Under the pieces are notes generated by a model. The model saw only the letters and a program-made list of their open reading frames with translations, had not been told where the DNA came from and searched no databases. The position numbers and the translations under genes were made by a program. From the NCBI RefSeq assembly GCF_964213995.1, contig NC_135816.1, forward strand, positions 61,442,001 to 61,506,000: 64,000 bases of DNA, written 5' to 3'. Shown here piece after piece: positions 36,790 to 49,058 of the stretch. This DNA comes from Mustelus asterias (lineage: Eukaryota). Each line of letters starts with the position of its first letter. Position 1 is the first letter of the stretch.

Positions 36790-37665
36790 AAAAAGAACAT
36801 TAGCAACATGGATACGGATTGGCTAAGCAACAAGAAACAAAGAGTGCTAGTTAATGGTTGTTTCCATGCTGGAGGAAGGTTTTTAGCGACATTCCTCAGT
36901 GATCAGTGTGGGGACCCTTGCTTTTCCTGAATATATTAATTACCAGGCAGGTCTTGCTTAGGCATTCCGGGCACAATTTCAAAATTGTAGATTATAGATT
37001 GCAAACTGTGAGGAAGATAGTGTAGAACTTCAAAGGACACAGACACAGTTGGTGGAATGAATAGACAGTTGGCAGATGAAATTGAATGCAAAGAAATGTG
37101 AAGTGATTCATTTTGAAAGGAAGGACATAGAGAGCCAATATAAAATAAAGGATGCAACTGTAAAGGAAAGGGATGTGGACAATATATACATAAGTCATTG
37201 GAAGTGGCAACACCTGTTGAGAGAGTGGTTAATCAATCATATAATAAACTAGGCTTTTTTGATAGGGGTATAAAGTACAAGAGCGAGGAGGTTCAGCCTC
37301 AGGAAAAGTATTGTGTCCTGTTCTGTGCATTGATACTTTAGATAGAATGTGAAAGCATTAGAGATGGTCCAGAAAACATTCATGAGAATCGTTCCAGTGA
37401 TGAGGGACTTCAGTTATGAAGATACATTGGCGAAACTGGGACCGTTTTCCTTGGAGAAAAGTGAGTGGTTAAGGTCAGAATGCACTGCATGAGAGTGTGG
37501 TGGAGGGAGGCTTAATTGAAGCATTCAAAAGGGAATTATACTGTTCTCTGAAAGGGAAGAAGATGATGGAATGGCACTGTGTGAGTTGCTTATTTGAAGA
37601 GCCTGTGCAGACACTGTGGATTGAATTGCTCTTTTCTGTGCCATAAGAATTCTGTGATTCTGTGA
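36790..37665 (+). mobile_element. Old degenerate CR1 fragment
   Basis: Degenerate RT C-terminal motifs and (ttctgtga) tail. Confidence 0.65.
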
Positions 37666-38499
37666 AACACTGTTCACAGATATTGCATTTTTATAGACAC
37701 TCATTCATTGTTCCAAATCTGCGAGGTGAACTTCCCTTGAGGGTGAAGACACAGCATTGGATGCTCAGATGTCCCGCTTTGTAAAAGCTGTGTGTAGAAT
37801 GTTATTTCTGTGGTTTGTCACCACCTGAGCAGTTGAGTGTTTTTTCCTTTCTTTTCATGGAAAGCATGGAGCTATTCGGTTGATCACCTGGGCATCACAG
37901 TGGCAGAGTAGGGTGGCGTTGTGGCACAGTGGTTAGCACTGCTCCAGGGACGTGTTCAATTCCGGCCTTGGAAGACTGTGTGAGTTTGCACATTCTCCCT
38001 GTGACTGCGTAAGTTTCCTCCGGGTGCTCCAGTTTCCTCCCACAGTCCAAAGGTGTGCAGGTTAGGTCATTGACCATGGTAAGTTGCCCCTTAATGTCCC
38101 AAGATATGTGTGTTGGATGGATTAGTCTGGGGAAATGTGTGGAGTTATGGGAATACAGCGGGAGAGAGGGCCTGGGTAAGTTACTCTGTCAGAGAGTCAG
38201 AGCAGACTCGATGAGCCGAATGGCCTCTTCTGAACTGTGGGGATTCAATGAGCTACATGTGGCATTTCTACTTAAGGCATTTCTACTTGCTGCTACCCAA
38301 TGAAAGCTTCCTGTTCTACCCTCATATCTCTGCTCCACAACAAATATGTGTTTGTCACTATATTTGACATGGAAACACTTATTAACATGAAGCCTCATTT
38401 GTGTAAAAGAGATCATGAGAAGGAGAAAGTGAAGACTCTGCAATGTCAAACAAAATGTCACTGTAGTCATTGGGCTGCATTGATTCGCCCCTCACTCAC

Positions 38500-38600
38500 A
38501 TCATGTTCCTCTCCATCACAAAGTTTCCACATATTCAGATCCCCTAAAGAAATCTCCATCTCCATCTCTGTGTTTGGTATCATTCGATTGCCAGCAGCAA
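38500..38600 (-). CDS. Candidate alternative exon after the IgV exon of gene B
   Basis: Strong acceptor, phase 1, VAAGNRMIPNTEMEMEISLGDLNMWKLCDGEEHD then gtgagt, or read-through to TGA at 38467. Confidence 0.4.
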
Positions 38601-39320
38601 CTGAGAAAAATGACGCAAAACTACAGGTAGAAAGAAAAACTGGATAATATAAAATGGAGGACAACCCAGCAGAACCAGTTAAAGTACAGAGCAACATCCA
38701 ACAGGAAGGAAATGAAACCAAAGTATCTGTTAGCTTTCTGAGCAAGGCTAGCCCTGCGCCTTTGTTTTATGGTGAAGTATGGGACTACTTCAGAGCTTCA
38801 CATGAAACAATGAATGAAATCATTTAGTTGTACAGTAAACAGACAGCACAGCACAGAGAATACCGGTTACCAACCATCGGAAAATATTCATTACAATAAA
38901 TATTATAGCATAATAGTCATGTACTGCATATTTTTAGCTATATGTAATAATTGTTACATTGTTATTTGCTGCTTCCAAATATTTAAGTCCCATTCTACAT
39001 TCAGCAGGGGTGCAGTGTACACCAAGGGATACAGTCACTAATGTCGAGTTGTGAAATATCTCTCCTGCCCATGTTCTTTCACTGTCACCAATATACACAG
39101 CGCTTCTCTATGGAAAAGTAGCAGACTCGTTATCTGTGTGGATTAAACTCATCTTCCGCATCGTCGCGGGCGGGGGCGCAAATTTAACCGAGTGGACGCA
39201 AGCGGGAGCGGGACATCGCGGCTTCATCCCTCGATATTCAACACAGACACAAACAATAAATCTCGAATCAGTATTTATCTGAGAGAAATATAAGTAATGG
39301 ATAATATTGAACTGACTTAC

Positions 39321-39811
39321 CCTTCAAAACCAGCAAATTGAAATCCCCTTTCTGATCATTAAAAAGACCGACAAACTCTACCCGGCAGCAATACCAGCCA
39401 CTGTCTCCCTCGCCGAGATTATCCACAGTGAGAGATACATCCCCTTCCTCTATTTTACCATCAAGGTGGTATTTTGTGGAGATTGTATCCGTTACAGTTT
39501 TCCCATTCGTTTTAATCAGTGTTTGTGAACAGCCCAATGTAGGGCACCTTCCCCTGGCCCAGCACATTTCAGTTTCTCCATTCTGAGTGACAGACTCACC
39601 TGAAGAAGGGGCTCAGAGCCTCGAAAGCTTGTGTGGCTTTTGCTACCAAATAAACCTGTTGGACTTTAACCTGGTGTTGTTAAACTTCTTACTGTGTTTA
39701 CCCCAGTCCAACGCCGGCATCTCCACATCATGACAGAGTATGTGCAGGGCAGCGTGACTGACTGTCCCAGGAATCCTCGCACTTCAGATCCTCTTACAGA
39801 GGGGACTGGAC
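39321..39811 (-). pseudogene. IgV exon of TIM-family gene B, frameshifted by a PLE insertion
   Basis: Same splice sites as A; 491 nt = 348 + 143; retains WYCCRVEFVGLFND. Confidence 0.9.
39595..39730 (+). mobile_element. 136 bp PLE 3' terminus with hammerhead motif
   Basis: ctgaaga-aggggctcagagcctc-gaaagctt; tgacaga TSD at 39588-39594 and 39731-39737. Confidence 0.92.
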
Positions 39812-40140
39812 CTGAAACAATCCAGATAAAGACAGTAATAATTCAGTGTCCATTGCAGTGACAGAGAAAGTGTGCAGTGAATGAACAGACAGCACAGCAC
39901 AGAGAATACCAGTTACCAACCAGCTGCTGTGACGGGAATATAGTGACTCATAAATAAGAACCGGAGTCAGGTATTCAGTAACCGAGCCTCTTCCACCACT
40001 CAGTTAGATCGAAGTTGATCTGTGCTACAATTCCATTTATTCCGTTTAGCTCCATATCCTTCCACATTCCTACCTAATGTTACAGACAAGAGAAAGATGG
40101 TTCTCCTTTCTTGCCACCTGTCGATTAACTGCAACACGAT

Positions 40141-40619
40141 GGCCCCGATTTTACCCCATTTTAATTCTACGTGCTGAATCTGGGCGCAATTCACATCCGA
40201 GTTGGGAATCTGTTCTCAGGCGCTCCCATACGCACTGAGCTTGATCTGGCCCCCCTCCCACCACCGATCTGAGTCAGAGAGCCATTGGAAGCTCTGAACT
40301 CACCTCTTCATAAGCTGGAGCACCTGAAACAGACCTTTGCCAAGCAGGTCTGTTTTGTGCTGAATCTGGATTCACGAACACGATGGTAAAGGGGGAAATT
40401 CTGGTAAAGTTGGGCGGGCAGCCTATTAATTCAATTTAAATGCGTGCAAATGCATTTAAATCGCCGTTGCATCCGTTTCGGGCGCGAATCGGATAGTGGC
40501 CATTTTCGGGCCTTGGTAAAGTGGGCATCTGCGTGGACGCAGGAGGGGATCACGTTAATGGCCTCACGCCTGACTTTACCACGTTTACGTGCCCATTACG
40601 CAATGGTAAAATGGGGCCC
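40141..40619. mobile_element. Harbinger-like element (family 1), internally deleted
   Basis: ggccccgattttacc / ggtaaaatggggccc TIRs; absent in paralog ~15527. Confidence 0.8.
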
Positions 40620-40720
40620 AATGTGTTTTCAGAGAAGTGTGTTAACACTTGAGTGCTGAAACTTTCAAGAACAGACATAAGTCAAGCTTTCTCATAGGAT
40701 TAAACTGAAGAAAAAAAGCA

Positions 40721-41428
40721 GGGGTCGGATTCTCCCAACAAAATTCTAACGCCGGAACTTTACCACCTCACCCACCACGGAATCGGAGTGGGTGAGGATC
40801 CAACAACGGAAATCTCCATTGATCTCAGGCGAGAATTTCCTGTCTCGCTTGAGCGGGGTCTTAAAATCCCACCCAAAGTGTTGAAAACTGAAGTAAATCA
40901 CGCTGTTTTTTTCCGTAGGCGGTGAGAGAATAATTTCCCACACTCTTTGCACTGCAGAGTGCACCAGCGTGAATCCTGTTAAAAATCAGGGGACATGGCC
41001 TATTCCACTGCAGAGACCAGCAGCACAGCGCTGAGCGGGCCACTGCGCATGCACTGATCTGTCAGCGCCAAGATCAATGCATTTGCAGTGGCACGTGCTG
41101 CCTTTCCAATCGCTGGTGCCACTGCCAAGGGGGCACCCCCTGACCACTGTCTGAACCTCTGGAGGGCTCCGATTGCCCCCCACTTCACTCCAGCGTGGTC
41201 GGGCTGATGGTAGTCGCCGCTGAAGTGAACCACTCCTGGCGGGGGCAGATGCTAGCGGAACCGGAGACTTCAGTCCCGGGCCCACTAATTAGATTTAAAA
41301 TACATTCAAATGAAGGCCTGTATATGTAATCCACGCTGGTGCAGAGCGGACTGTGCCGGAAATCCGATGCTGAGAGATGCGCACGGGACCGGATGCCCAG
41401 CACAGCAGGATGGGAGATCTGCCCCCCA
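40721..41428. mobile_element. Harbinger-like element (family 2)
   Basis: ggggtcggattctccc ... gggagatctgccccc. Confidence 0.6.
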
Positions 41429-41796
41429 CATGTTTCTTTCCCAACACCAGAAAAGTAATCAGGACAGCACACACTCACTCACTCACACAAAACCTTGCGC
41501 ACACAAGAAAAATGATGACACAAGAGGTAGCATGACTTCTTAAAGAGACAGAAAAAAAATCCCAGAATTAGTTCCTGGAATGTTCCGCGCCTGAAGATTC
41601 TCCATTCACTGAAAACAATTGACGCTGGCAGTTTCTGGCCTTGAACTTATTCCATCCACCAGCCGGTTTCTGGCTTGAAGTTATGGTTGAACCCCCGTAG
41701 TGAATACAACATCTGCAACTAAAATAACTGACCCACTTCTCTTCCTCTGCTGAATTTCTAGATAAGATTCATCCTTCCTGTGTGTGTGCCTGTCTA

Positions 41797-41898
41797 TGAT
41801 GTGGAGATGCCGGTGTTGGACTGGGGTAAACACAGTAAGAAATTTAACAACACCAGGTTAAAGTCCAACAGGTTTATTTGGTAGCAAAAGCCACACAA
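41797..41898 (-). mobile_element. Short PLE terminal fragment
   Basis: gatgtggagatgccggtgttggactggggtaaacacagtaag..; gcctgt(c/a)ta flanks. Confidence 0.85.
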
Positions 41899-42808
41899 GC
41901 CTGTATAGCCTCTATAGCCCCGGTATCCCAGCGTGCCTGCCATTTGCTCGCTTTGTGGACTAATAAGGTGCTTTGTATAACAAGCCAATTTCTGTCATGT
42001 CACCACAATATCTGTGTTTCCATTATACATTCAAATGGTTAGGTAGCCTAAGCAATTGTCAAACAATGGGGAATGTTTGATATCCCTGTATTACTCCAAT
42101 AATGAATAGACTCCAAAACCTTTATTTACTTTTCCATCTCGATGAGACCTGCAAATAAATCAATTATTTTTACTCTCTACTTGAAATGGCAAGGAGTACG
42201 TAGTACCTGGGAAGGTGGTTTGCATTTTAAGTGACTACCCAGAGACATGCTCAGATATGAATAAATCCGTGTCCCTGTACGCAAAGCACAAAAGAAGGTC
42301 ACCATGCTAAATTCTCTATGGTCAAGGTGCTTTTTCAAAATACAAGCCCATCTGAAGATCATGGACATATTACACAGGTGCCACATGAATAAAAAATAAT
42401 CAATTTTAATCTTGAAAATTTCAATTGATACACGATCCAGAACCTTTGGGAGAGACTTTCTTATTTCTACTGTCATCTGCGTGATGTAGTTTTTCCTAAT
42501 TCACTCTTAAATGGGCCAGCTGTAATATAAGATTATGTGTCCAGGTAAACGGTTTCGCTGTACCTGCCCTTTCAAATCTCTTTCTCAGTTTAAAGATCTT
42601 GATTAATTCCTCCTTGAACCTTCTAAATGCGAGTGAATACAAACATTATTTATGCAGCAAGCCCTTACACTTTAACACTTCAGGCACCACATTCGGTGAA
42701 TCTGCACTGATCCTGTTGAAAGCCGGCTGGTCACTCACACACAGAACACTTTATATATGAACATCATACATCTGTAGGAAAATTCACTTTTTAAATTCTG
42801 AAATTTAC

Positions 42809-42860
42809 CTAAAAGAACAAGTAGTGCGGTCAAATGAACAACAATCCTGGTAATAAACAT
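42809..42860 (-). CDS. Signal-peptide exon 1 of TIM-like gene B
   Basis: ATG FITRIVVHLTALLVLL G|gtaaat; phase 1 joins the IgV exon in frame (GPVPSVRGSEVRG). Confidence 0.8.
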
Positions 42861-43635
42861 AATGCTGGACAGCACAGAATGGAACTATCTGTGTTACAGC
42901 TGCTGTAGAATTTTGTGGCTGGAGTTGAGCTTTTGTTTCTAATGTCAGGTCCGTACTAACGTGAGTGGGTTAAACTTTCATGGGTGATGCTTCCTGTGAA
43001 TAAGCTCTGTGAACTGAGGCATGTGCTTAGCAAGAATATATTGGGCTAAATTCTCCGAATTCACCGACAGCTGCGAAGCACTGGCCCTACTGCAGGGAAC
43101 GGAGATTTGGCTGAGTGCCAAATTGTCTGTTCTCGCTGGCAGTGGCAGTGGGACGTGAATTGCCAGAGAATTCCAGCCAGTATCTCCAATGATTTTTCCA
43201 CCATTTTCTAACAGGAACAAAATTAACCTATGATCCAATTCTTTTCAAGAGAAACATTAACACTCTAGTAAAAAGCGTGCATCTTTATTTCCACTCTGCA
43301 TGTTTAAGAGGAAAGAACTCCAAGGGGTCAGTTATGCTGAATTTGTGTTACCGAGCCGAAACTTACATTGTCCAATGACCTGCAATTCTGACCCCACTGT
43401 ATTTTGTACAGGTCCATTCATTACATTGCAAATCTCATACTAAATGGGAGCAATGTGATTGATGCCTGGAAATTAGGCTGCAACCTTTTAAAAATTAACT
43501 TTCACTAAAGAATACAACAGCCCGTGGGGGGACAGTAGGTAAGTCAGCAAATGTGAATTTGTGGCCCTTGTGAAGAGTGCCTTCTAATTAGAAAAGAAGG
43601 AGCTGAGGCAAAAGAAGAGACAGTGAGAGAGCTGC

Positions 43636-43970
43636 ATGGTGGCACAGTGGTTAGCACTGCTGCATCACATCGCCAGAGACTCAGGTTCAATTCCAGACTT
43701 GGGTCACTGTCTGTGTGGAGTCTGCATGTTTCTCCCCATGTCTGTGTGGGGTTCCTCCGGGTTCTCCTGTTTCCTCCCACAGTCCAAAAATGTGCAGATT
43801 ACCTTGACTGACCATGTCAAATTGCCCCTTAGTGTCCTAGCATGTGTAGGATTAGGGGGATTAGCAGGGTAAGTAGGTGGGGTTACGGGGATAGGTAGGA
43901 TGATCTGTCAGACAGTCAGTGCAGACTTGATAGGCCGAATGGCCTCCTTCTGCATTGTAGGGATTCTATG
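43636..43970 (+). mobile_element. HE1/V-SINE-like element
   Basis: Absent at paralog ~19750. Confidence 0.85.
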
Positions 43971-44865
43971 AGAACCTAAGAGCATTAGAGCATATGAAAT
44001 AGGAGCAGCGTTTACCATTCAGCTCCTCGAGCTTACTCCACCATTTAATATGATCATGGCTGATCTTCTGCCTGAATTCCACTGCCCACATCCATTGATT
44101 TACTGAGAAATGAAAGATCTATCACAGCCTTGAATACAATCAATGAGGGAGCACCCACAACCCTCTGAGGTAGAGAACTCCAAGAATTCACAACCTTTTC
44201 AGTGAGGAAATTTCTCCTCATTTCAGTCCTAAATGATTGACCCTTTTCCCTAAGCCCCCGTGTTCGAGATGACCCAATCAGGGAAAACAACCTCTCAGTG
44301 TCTGTCCCACAAGCCCCTTCAGGATCCTGTATGTTTCACTTCTTTAAACTCCACAGGGCCCATTTACTCAATCTCTCAACACAGGACAAAACTTTCACTC
44401 AAGGAACCAATCTAACGAACCTTCACCATACCACCTCCAAGTACATCCTTTCTCATACATGGAGACCAAAACTACATAACTGTACCCAGGTGTCATGAAG
44501 TTAAGTGCATGCACAAGGTCGACGACTGCAGAGTCTTGCAAAGACTTATTTTTGTTCAGATTCTAGAGACAGTAGAGTCAAGCTGGTTTATTCAAGCTTC
44601 ATTCACGGGAGAGTCCTTGAGCAGAGGCCAAGTTTGTGTGTAGTCCTCAACTAAATAATGACTATGAAAGTAAGAATAAGGGATGGAACAAGCACATGCC
44701 CCTACTGGTGCTTTACTGTGACAGAGCTGTCAGGTTGCCTTGTACAACTATAGCAAAATTCCCTCATTTTTGCACTCTAATTCTCAATAAAGACCAACAT
44801 GCGAGTTGCCGTCCTATTTGCCATCTCTGCATGAAAAATGCTTGCATTCCTTATGTGAGAACATC

Positions 44866-45219
44866 ATTTTTTTTTATTCATTCGTGGGACATGGGCGTCG
44901 TTAGTTGGCCAGCATTTATTGCCCATCCCGAGTTGCTTGAGGGCAGTTGAGAATCAACCACATTGCTGTGGCTTTGGAGTCACATGTAGGCCAGACCAGT
45001 TAAGGATGGCAGATTTCCTTCCCCTATGGACATTAGTGAACCAGATGGGTTTTTCCGACAATCGGCAATGGTTCCATGGTCATCTGTAGATTCTTCATTT
45101 CAGATATTTTTTATTGAATTCAAAATCCATCATCTGCCTGGCAGGATTCGAACCTAGGTCCCTGGAACATTAGCTGAGTTTCTGGATTAATAGTCTAGCG
45201 ATAATACCACTAGGCCATC
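44866..45219 (-). mobile_element. SacSINE-like element
   Basis: Same family as 1-143; catca duplication on the flanks. Confidence 0.75.
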
Positions 45220-45290
45220 AAAGCCCTCTGAACATTTATAAGTTCAATACCTTTTAACAAGTATTCTGCTTTTCTACTTTACTACCAAAG

Positions 45291-46990
45291 AGTGTTGGTA
45301 GGAGGAGAGGTAGGAGGAGAGTGTTGGTAGGAGGAGAGGTACTCAATACAATTATTGTTACTAGAGAGGCAGTGCTTGGTAGACTAACAGGACTGAAGGT
45401 GGACAAGTCCCCGGGCCTGGATGGAATGCTTCCCAGGGTACTGAAAGAAATGTCAGAGGTAATAGTGGATGCGTTAGTGGTTATTTATCAAAATTCACTG
45501 GACTCTGGGGTAGTGCCTGCTGATTGGAAAACGGCTACTGTTACGCCGCTGTTTAAAAAGGGAAGTAGACAAAACGCGGGTAACTACAGGCCGGTTAGCT
45601 TAACGTCTGTAGTTGGGAAAATGCTGGAATCCATCATTAAAGAAGAAATAGCAGGCCATCTGGATAAGAATGGTTCGATCAAGCAGACGCAGCATGGATT
45701 CATGAGAGGAAAGTCGTGTTTGACGAACCTACTGGATTTTTATGAAGATGTGACTAGTGCGGTTGATGGAGGGGAACCGGTAGATGTGGTGTTTTTGGAT
45801 TTCCAAAAGGCATTCGATAAGGTGCCTCACAAAAGGTTGCTGCAGAAGATTGGGGCACACGGAGTTGGGGGTAGGGTGTTAGTGTGAATTGGGGATTGGC
45901 TATCCAACAGGAAGCAGAGAGTTGGAATAAATGGGTGCTTTTCTGGTTGGCAGATGGTGACTAGTGGCGTGCCGCAGGGATCGGTACTGGGGCCTCAACT
46001 GGTTACTATTTACATAGATGATCTGGTGGAGGGGATTGAGTGTAGGGTAACAAAGTTTGCTGACGACACGAAGATAAGTGGGAAAGTGAATTGCGTGGAG
46101 GAAGCGGAAGGTCTGCAGAGAAATTTGAATAGGCTGAGTGAGTGGGCGAGGATCTGGCAGATGGAGTATAACGTTGGCAAATGCGAGGTTATTCACTTTG
46201 GAAGAAATAATAGCAAATTGGATTATTATTTAAATGGAAAAAAATTACAACATGCTACTGTGCAAAGGGACCTGGGGGTCCTTGTGCATGAGTCGCAAAA
46301 ACTCAGTCTGCAAGTACAACAGGTGATCAAGAAGGCAAATGGGATGTTGGCATTTATCGCAAGGGGGATAGAATATAAAAGCAGAGAAGTCTTGCTGCAT
46401 CTGTACAAGGCATTGGTGAGGCCGCACCTGGAATACTGTGTGCAGTTTTGGTCCCCTGACTTGCGAAAGGATATATTGGCCTTGGAGGGAGTGCAGAAAA
46501 GGTTCACCAGATTGATACCAGAGATGAGGGGTGTAGATTATGAGGAGAAATTGAGCAGATTAGGTTTGTACTCGTTGGAGTTTAGAAGGCTGAGGGGTGA
46601 TCTTATAGAGGCATATAAGATAATGAAGGGGCTGGATAGGGTAGAAGTGGAGAGATTCTTTCCACTTAGAAAGGAAACCAGAACTAGAGGGCACAGCCTC
46701 AAAATAAAGGGGGGTCAGTTTAGGACAGAGTTGAGGAGGAACTTCTTCTCTCAGAGGGTGGTGAATCTCTGGAATTCTCTGCCCACTGAAGTGGTGGAGG
46801 CTACCTCGTTGAATATGTTTAAGTCACGGATAGATGGATTTCTGATCGGTGGGGGAATTAAGGGTTATGGGGAACAGGCGGGTAAGTGGAACTGATTCAC
46901 TTCAGATCAGCCATGATCTTATTGAATGGTGGGTCAGGCTCGAGGGGCTGGATGGCCTACTCCTGCTCCTATTTCTTATGTTCTTATGTT
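45291..46990 (+). mobile_element. CR1 LINE, 5'-truncated, one in-frame stop
   Basis: RT ORFs 45321-45887 and 45954-46895; (ttcttatg)n tail; absent at paralog ~20577. Confidence 0.93.
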
Positions 46991-47804
46991 AGTATAATTT
47001 CACATCTTCCCACATAATGCTCCATCTGCCATGCCACCATTTGCTTAATCTGTCTATATCGAGAGTGGACAATTGTCCAGTTTTCAGCTGGACACTCCAT
47101 GGTTCAGTACCAAATGCCTTTATGGTAGCATTTTTATTTTGGGTTACAAACAGTCACTGCAAGATCATCCTCACACTGGCAGCTCTGCCACAGTGACTCA
47201 CCAGTAGGGGCATCTGCTTCTTCCTTTTCTCATTGTTACTTTCAATCAGTATTTAGTTGAGGACCACACATAAGCTTGGCCTCTGCTCAAACACTCTCTC
47301 TTGCATGCATGCTTGAATAAACTAGCTTGACTCTACTCTCCCTTTACTTTGAACAAAAAGATGCCTTCGCAAAAATTAAGTAGGGTCTGCAGTCGTCGGC
47401 CTTGCGGATGCACTTCAATCCAACCAAACCCTTGGTAGTAACCTGCGATCCTTTCATGGAGTCTGAGGGTCTACCAAGGCAATAGCTACCCAAAACAGAG
47501 TCATCAATATGGATGATGACTATTTCAGAAACCCATGACTGGAAGATTATAAATCACAAAACAAAGGCAGAACCAGACACCAAATAAACATTCCTTATGA
47601 AATTGTTGAGGAGGAAGGGGGTCATGCAACCATTTTGAAATCTTTATCTCCAGTTGAGAATTCAGAAGTAGGCCAGTCAGCTGATTTATCGCCAACCTGC
47701 AAATCTCCAATAGCAGAATGCCAGATTGACCAAGCAGCCTACAAGGAGCCTCCTGAAAGCCTACTTTACTACAGCCACAGACCACCATCTGCCAAGCACA
47801 CCGA

Positions 47805-48784
47805 GGGCCTGATTTTACCATTTTGGGTCTAAGTGCCGAATCCGAGCGTCAAATAGATCCGCGCCTGGAATCCTCTTTCCAGCGCGCCCATTCGCGTTTT
47901 GCCGGCTCCAGTCCGATCTGCGCTGTGGGCGGGGCTTAGCGCTGGCGGACCGATCGGAGCTCTGAACTGCGCATGCGCAGTTCGAAAAAAATCTGACAGA
48001 GCGTGCCCGGGCTCGAAAGAAAAAAAAAGCAGAAAGCGGAGAGAGCGGCTCTCTGACGGTCATCCTCTGGTCGGGAGGGGGGGGGGGGGGGGGGCGGGGG
48101 GGAGCGGTGGTGGGAGGAGGAGGGGGAGAGGGACCCAGATCATCCTCTGGTCGGCGGGGGCAGGGGGGGATGCAGATCACCCTCTGGTCGGGCGGTGGGA
48201 GGGTGTGGGGGGGTGTGGGACCCAGATCATCCTCTGGTCAGGGGAGGTGTCCGCTGCCAGTCTGCGGCCGATCGGTGGGGAGGGAGGGGGCAGGGGGGTC
48301 CGCCGCCACTCTGCGGGCGATTCCTCCTCCCCACCGGAAGAACGAATCCCTCCTGCCGGAGTGGACGTGCGGCCATGCCATCCCACAAAACCTTCAGGAT
48401 GAAGCGACTCCTCGCTAAGAAGATGAAGCAGAACCAGCCAATTCCACAGTGGATCCGCATGAAAACCACCTACAAGATCAGTACAAGTCCAAGAGGAGAC
48501 ACTGGAGAAGGACCAAGCTGGACCTGTAAAGGGATACACCATCACTGGTACACTACCAGCCACCGATTACTCTTCCCTGCAGTGGCAAGAGAGTGGGAGA
48601 GATGGCTGTGGCTGGTAGTGTACCAGTGATGGTGTATCCCTTTACCAGCCCGCGCCTGAATCGGGTGTCGGTAAAGCCGCAATCTGCTCGGAATTGGATG
48701 CAGATCGCGGTATAGTCCCGACGCCCAACTTTACCGCGATTTCGCGCCCGAAAATGGGCGCAAAGTTGTGGTAAAATCAGGCCC
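47805..48784. mobile_element. Harbinger-like element (family 1) carrying an RPL39 retrocopy
   Basis: TIRs gggcctgattttacca / tggtaaaatcaggccc; absent at paralog ~21820. Confidence 0.85.
48375..48529 (+). pseudogene. rpl39: Processed pseudogene of 60S ribosomal protein L39
   Basis: [31 protein letters not shown]..; after a 1-nt deletion [15 protein letters not shown]; 155 nt, intronless. Confidence 0.93.
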
Positions 48785-49018
48785 CAAGTTTCTATCAACA
48801 TCTTCTCACTGCGGTGCCATCATCTTAAAATAATGCTGCACTGCTGCCTTTAGCCTGGAACCCACCTGAACCCACCTGAACTGGAACTTCCCATGAGGGA
48901 ACCCCCTCTGGATTTTGAAGTCCTGCACTCCGTAAATCAAGAGAACTGATATCTACTTCAGTGATTCGTTTGGCAGTGAATTATTCATAGTTGTGAAACC
49001 CCCCTTTCCCCCTACTCT

Positions 49019-49058
49019 ATGTGTGTGTGTGTGTGTGTGTGTGCGTTTGTGTGTGTGT
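49019..49058. repeat. (TG)n microsatellite
   Basis: Directly visible. Confidence 0.9.

Noticed and set aside
39595-39730. PLE insert acting as a new intron that rescues the IgV exon
   Set aside because: The best donors (gtaaac, gtaaga) are phase 0, but the ttcttcag acceptor needs phase 1; splicing stays out of frame
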